Assembly (NCBI GenBank): GCA_964016885.1
Contig: OZ024741.1
Location: 185,752,001-185,816,000, forward strand
Origin: Eledone cirrhosa
Lineage: Eukaryota
DNA length: 64,000 nucleotides
Direction: 5' to 3'
In this document: piece by piece, positions 58,383 to 64,000 of the stretch
How positions within the stretch are numbered: the stretch's first letter is position 1
How the letters are laid out: every line of letters begins with the position of its first letter
Made by a program: the position numbers and the translations under genes
The notes under the pieces: model-generated
Databases searched by the model: none
What the model saw: the letters and a program-made list of their open reading frames with translations, nothing else
What the model was told of the DNA's origin: nothing

Positions 58383-58901
58383 AGATCAAAAGATGGTTAA
58401 AGGAGTTCCATGTATTTTATTATGCGCATTTCAAAAACAAACATCATCATGCAATAATATTTGTGTTTTCATCAGATAAAACAGGAGAACATGATATGAA
58501 GGCTAAAAAACACTTGTGGATAGTGCAGTTTTAAATCAACATATGAAAAGTGGTTTTAGATTGATGTGTGATATTGGGAAAAATATTTTATTTAGAGAGG
58601 GGGGGGGGATGAAAAGGGAAGGAGATGAGAGGGAGAGATGGGTGATAGAGAGAAAGAGATAGTTTTTATAACTGAGAGGATATATATGGTTTTACATAGA
58701 GAGGTTGAAAACCGTTGGAAGATAATGTATAAATTAAACATTTTGAAAATTAACGAAGGGAGGATATGTGCGAGGAAAAAATATTTTATTTAGGGAGGGG
58801 TGGGGGTGGAAAGGATGAAAAAAAGAGGGGGAGGAGATGAGAGTGAAGGTGGAGAGGGAGAGATGGGTGATAGAGAGAAAGAGATAGTTTTTATAACTGA
58901 G

Positions 58902-58970
<69 letters not shown>

Positions 58971-60386
58971 ATATATATATTTATTTATATATATATATAT
59001 ATATATTTGTGAATTATATAGAATGAGGTGACAGACAGCTTCATAGTAAAAAGGAAGTCTTTTTCTTTAAAAGAATAAAACAAGTCCGATGCATTAACTG
59101 TTTTATTTGTGATCCATTGTCTTGTTGTGGCAGTTATTGTGACACGTCGTATTTCAATATCAGTATTGGCTATTTCCTTGTGTGCGTGCATCCGAGTGTG
59201 AGCGCGTGTATGTGTGTCTCTCTCTCTCTGTGTTTCTGAGTATCTGTTGTTTTTTTTTTGTTGTGTATATACAAAGAAAATGTAATTTCACGTGCATAAA
59301 AAAAATAACCTTGTTTTATTTTTATATGTTGATTGTTATTACAAATGACCGAGTTGATACATTATGGAAAGAAACTAACCAAGAGGTCAATGCTTTGTAT
59401 TTTATCTGCGCCATTGTATCGGCAGTATTCAGACCTATTTTAAATAATATTTTGATTTGTTTTGGCACAGGGCCAAATATTTTGTGATGTGAATTCTTCT
59501 ATTAACAACAACTTATCACTGCATTGATACTTTATTTTACTGACCTGGGAATAATGTAAGGAAGACTTATATCCTTCTGGATTTGAACTGAAATGGTGAA
59601 GATCTGTAACTAAATAACAATAGCTAGTTTGACCGCTTTGATTTCGTTTGTTATACCATTTAATTGCTAATAACATAGACACAATTCCAAGAAGCTTATG
59701 AAAACAATGTTTCAAGATATTTTATAAATGGCGAATGGAAATTTTGTTTTGAAATCGGAACATAAAGAGAGATATGAAAGCCCCAGAAAAAGGGTTTTCC
59801 GATGCTTTCACGATTTTGCGAATCCACTGCTCATTATGTTCACGAATATAAAATAATATAAAATACCCTACACAACGAGAGAGTGCTATATGCAGTCGTT
59901 TGATCTGCTATATGTCATAGTTAAATCTCGATCAGAAAAGATACAGGCATTGTTCTGTAATTTAAAATTTCCCATTGAGAGTCTTGTAACAAAGGCTCCG
60001 GTTAACCAGTGCCATATAAGTATACTTACATATTGAATTTATGTGTGTGTATGTCAGTGAGGGCGTAGTCATCGGCTGAAAACTCAAACGCTATGCCATC
60101 CAAACTAAGTTTCTTGATATCTGTATTCTGCATGGAGTAATTGATACTCCCTTGTCACTGACACCAGCAGAAATGTAAGTGATTGGCATGTCGCACAATT
60201 GTAACTAATGTGGCTATTGCTAATAAATGATGATATGAAATAAATAAAGAAAGTGGGAAATATAAATCAATAAAGAAAAACAGATTACACGTTAGCATGT
60301 TAAAAATCCAGAAAGCATAAGGTTGTTTGTGATAAACAAAGAGACAGAATAATCAAGTTTGGGAAATATTTGATAATAGGTATTTA

Positions 60387-60571
60387 TAATTGTTTCTACT
60401 TTAGGCACAAGGCCAGCAATTACCCAGTGCATTACTGGTACTTTATTTTATCGACCCCGTAAGGATGAAAGGCTAAGTCAACCTCGGCGGGATTTGAACT
60501 CAGATCATAAAGGTACGTAACTATGCTGGAAAGCATGGCGTCCGACCCTCTACCGATACTGCCAATCCACC
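60387..60571 (-). mobile_element. Full-length SINE
   Basis: Matches the family consensus. Confidence 0.88.
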
Positions 60572-61333
60572 GAATGAGGGTGAATTTGGAGTATATGATT
60601 ACAACATAATAAATGTTGTGGTTTGATTTGACTTAACGTGTAAGTGGCTGAGTATTCCAGAGACGCGTGTACGGTTATCATAATTGTCGCCATGACAAAA
60701 TTGCACTTTTGGCAGAAATGTACAATCCATTAACGGATTTGAAAACAGTTTCCATTTATCCAATTTCTCAATTTCACTGGTCTTGGGTCACCGTGTTGTT
60801 ATAGTAAAACATAGTTGCCCAAGCTTCCATGCAATGCGTTAGAAATTTGAACCTCATGATTGCGAAGAAAAGAGATATAAATTCTATATTATGCCTGCAC
60901 AAAGTCCTCATAACGGATAATTAGGATTCTAGATCATCATTGCTTAAATACTTTTGATCAATCACCTGATCGATTAGAGTGAACCTGCAACACTTAACAA
61001 CAAACACAGCGTAGATCATTTATATTTTATTTGAAAACAAATAATCGTAAATATATTTATACACAGTAAATCACTATACATTGTTCTTTGATGCTATCAG
61101 CTTATGGAGATGTTTTACCGGGGTGTGGTATGCTATTATCTGTGAGAAAATACTAATTTTCTTCATATCTCTAATGTTTGCAGAAAATGAAATATCTTTG
61201 ATATAAAAATACATTACGAATACATACACACACACACATACATTCATACATACATGAATACACGCATACATACATACCTTCATACATGTATGCATACTTA
61301 TATACATAAGTACAACCATAAGCAGATACACAA

Positions 61334-61433
<100 letters not shown>

Positions 61434-62207
61434 TTACATATATATATATAGTGATATATTTAGATACATACCTGTGTGTGTATGTGTTTATGCATTCCTA
61501 CATAGACATTTACGTATACATTCATTCGAAGTCATGGCTTAGTGAAATTAGCATTCTGAAATGCATACATTCCTAACAGTAGACAGTAGTAGATGCAGAA
61601 AATGATAGAGGCAGCTGCATTTCTTCTTGTGCATCTGTTTATGATAATAACAACTATCTGGTGCATATTTACAGGTTATTGACCTAAGTTGCAGCTTAAA
61701 GAAGGAAAATTACTCAACACAGATTTTCTTCCCTTGACATGCAGAGACGACCTAAAGGCAAGGTGATCTAGGCCCCTAGAAAAGGGCGTGGTAGGAAAAT
61801 GGTTCTATGAATGAGCAGCTGCCGATCATTATGTAGTCGTAATTGCAGTTGTTGTTTGGTCCCAACTCGTTAAATTGCGTCGTTTGTATTTCCTTTTTCG
61901 AGCAAAATGTAAAGCACGTAGAACAAAATGCCTTCTAACATTTGTTCCCGTTCTCTGCACTCTGAGTTCAAATCCTGACATGGCTCTTATTGGCGAGCAT
62001 AGTCGCTGTTACAAGGTCGGCTCTGAGCATGCATTTATTATATATTGGAAGTGAACAACGGAACCATATGCCCTATTGATCAGGTTGACAATGTCTTTTT
62101 GTTGCATCTTTTTCCGAAAGGTTATCGGGAGCGTCCCTCGATTGGCGAATTTGTGTTTCAAATTTATTGCTACCACCAATGTTTTTGGTTATATTATTTC
62201 TCGTTTG

Positions 62208-62392
62208 GGGCTGTGGATTGGCAGTATCGGTAGAGGGTCGGACGCCATGCTTTCCAGCATAGTTACGTCCCTTTACGATCTGAGTTCAAATCCCGCCGAG
62301 GTTGACTTTGCCTTTCATCCTTACGGGGTCGATAAAATAAAGTACCAGTAATGCACTGGGTATTTGCTGGCCTTGTGCCTAAAGTAGAAACA
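62208..62392 (+). mobile_element. Full-length SINE with 15-bp target-site duplication
   Basis: ATTATTTCTCGTTTG at 62193-62207 and 62393-62407. Confidence 0.92.
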
Positions 62393-62539
62393 ATTATTTC
62401 TCGTTTGTGTACATTTCCACTACACCACATTGTGTCGTATTTTCTGTCCTTAATGTAGGTTTTCTAAACCCCTTTATGTCAACAAAATTCTTTACTATTA
62501 TTATTATTTTTCTCTGGGTCTCATTCAGTGATGTTATTT

Positions 62540-62860
62540 AACTGGAAAACGGAATTCAGAGATCCATAGACATAGAACTGGTTAAAAAGAGGGGCCCTTA
62601 AAAAAGCTACAGAAGTAATGCTAATGGCTGCGCAAGAGCAGGCCCACAGTCTATGAGAAGACAATAGTCCAGGGGATGTCCAAGGAAGAAATAACAACAA
62701 GGCGGAAGAGCAACCTTCTGAAGGGATTTTTCAAGAAGGTAGCCCTTCCTACTTGTTGTTATTTCTCCTTGGACATCCCCTGGACTATTGTCTTCTCCCA
62801 CACTGTATCATCCTCTATCGTCTTTAATGTTTCCTTAATGTGAGCCCTGTGTGGCTAATA
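62540..62860. mobile_element. Scrambled fold-back fragment related to the Dong element
   Basis: KTEFRDP..NWLKRG..KKATEVMLMAAQEQA homologous to 3055-3155, followed by an inverted pair at 62655-62797. Confidence 0.75.
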
Positions 62861-62978
62861 AAGAAATCATTATTATTATTATTTGAGTTCCCCAAAGGGC
62901 GGTGGGTTGGCAGTATCGGTAGAAGATCGGACGTCATGCTTTGCAGCATAGAGTTACGGCCCTTTATATATATATATA

Positions 62979-63860
62979 CTAGCAGTGGTACCCGGCGTTG
63001 AAGGGGATAAGGTATTTTAGAGTGCAGGCCACCAACAGACCTAATCGTGGAAAAACTGCATGCCTGGACAATATGTAAAAAAAATAAACCGAATACTCTG
63101 ATGGCTGGATAATCTTTAAGATTTTCCTCGATGAAGCAGAAAAATTGCAGTTTTTCACCTAATGCGGGCCCTAGAGGATTACGAAAATGAATTTTTTTTA
63201 TGTGCATAATATGCCTTGAAATTTCTGGAAAATCGGCTAGACGTAACGCCTCAAAAAAGCCATAAAAAGCTGAAAAAATGAAGTTTTTGCCTAATGCGGG
63301 CCCTAGTCCATAAAAAAGTTGAATTTTCTCTGCTCACGGTATGAAGAAGAGAGTGACTAATACACAGTTACAATTTCAAGGAAATCAGTCTGACGTAAGC
63401 CTCAAAAACCCCATGAAAACCTGAAAAAATGCAGTTTTTCTGCTAATGCGTCCCTAGGGGATCAAAAAGTTGAATTTTATGTGCATAACACTCACTGAAA
63501 CATAAGTAATACATATGTAAAGTTTGAAAAATGTCGGTTGGGTACTCCTCGAGTTTTAGGGATTCAAACTCACAGAAACACACACACATACACACAGACA
63601 GACATACACACAAATATTATAAGGGCGCGACGTTATATATATGTATCTATCTAAAAAGAGAAAGACTAAGAATTATAGAGAGAGATCGCTAAATCGCCTA
63701 ATGCGGTCCCTAAGTGCATTGAAAATTTGCTCTGAACACTCCCTGAAACATAAGTATTACATGTGTAAAGTTTGAAAACAGTGGGTTGGGTGCTTCTCGA
63801 GATTTAGGGATTCAAACTCACACAGACAACAGACAGACATCCTCAGTTTTATATATATAT
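62979..63860 (-). mobile_element. Non-autonomous Helitron with internal subrepeats (CTAATGCGGGCCCTAG)
   Basis: 3' end CTAGCAGTGGTACCCGGCGTTG matches the end at 29418; 5'-type TATATATAAAACTGAGGATGTCTGTCTG near 63850. Confidence 0.75.
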
Positions 63861-63861
63861 A

Positions 63862-64000
63862 CTAGTATAGGCACCCGGCGTTGCCCGGGAATGAAATTGT
63901 TCCTTACATATTAGAAGAAAAGAGCAAAATATTTTGTATAGAAATGTGTTATTCAAAATACAATTTATTCTTCAATTGGGACACACGATGGAATCAATTC
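63862..64000 (-). mobile_element. 3' end of another Helitron, head-to-tail with the previous one
   Basis: CTAG plus hairpin CCCGG-CGTTGC-CCGGG. Confidence 0.8.

Noticed and set aside
61593-61737. Short signal-peptide-like ORF (MQKMIEAAAFLLVHLF...)
   Set aside because: Under 50 codons with no supporting motif; expected by chance.
63100-63720. CRISPR-like spaced repeats (CTAATGCGGGCCCTAG)
   Set aside because: Spacers are mutually homologous and about 120 bp or longer; eukaryotic context and no cas genes. These are Helitron subrepeats.

Overview
Repeat-dense, AT-rich eukaryotic intronic or intergenic DNA. The SINE repertoire and (TA)n/(CA)n abundance suggest an octopod cephalopod (inference). 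No host gene can be confidently called; most of the ORF track is microsatellite or antisense noise. Contents: (i) a cluster of R4/Dong-type non-LTR retrotransposons joined through (TAA)n tracts, one with an ORF apparently open for at least 752 codons; (ii) decayed Tx1/L1, RTE, I/Jockey-like and CRE-like LINEs; (iii) an internally deleted Helitron plus tandem non-autonomous Helitrons; (iv) about 10 copies of a tRNA-derived SINE; (v) several families of Penelope-like elements (PLEs, Naiad-like and Hydra-like), mostly in (TA)n, carrying about 12 minimal type-I hammerhead ribozyme (HHR) motifs. The most notable pattern is that short PLE-derived fold-back insertions from three unrelated families pivot at the HHR CUGAnGA core, and an identical 22-nt inverted tail caps two independent 5' junctions. 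All calls were made by eye; boundaries are approximate.
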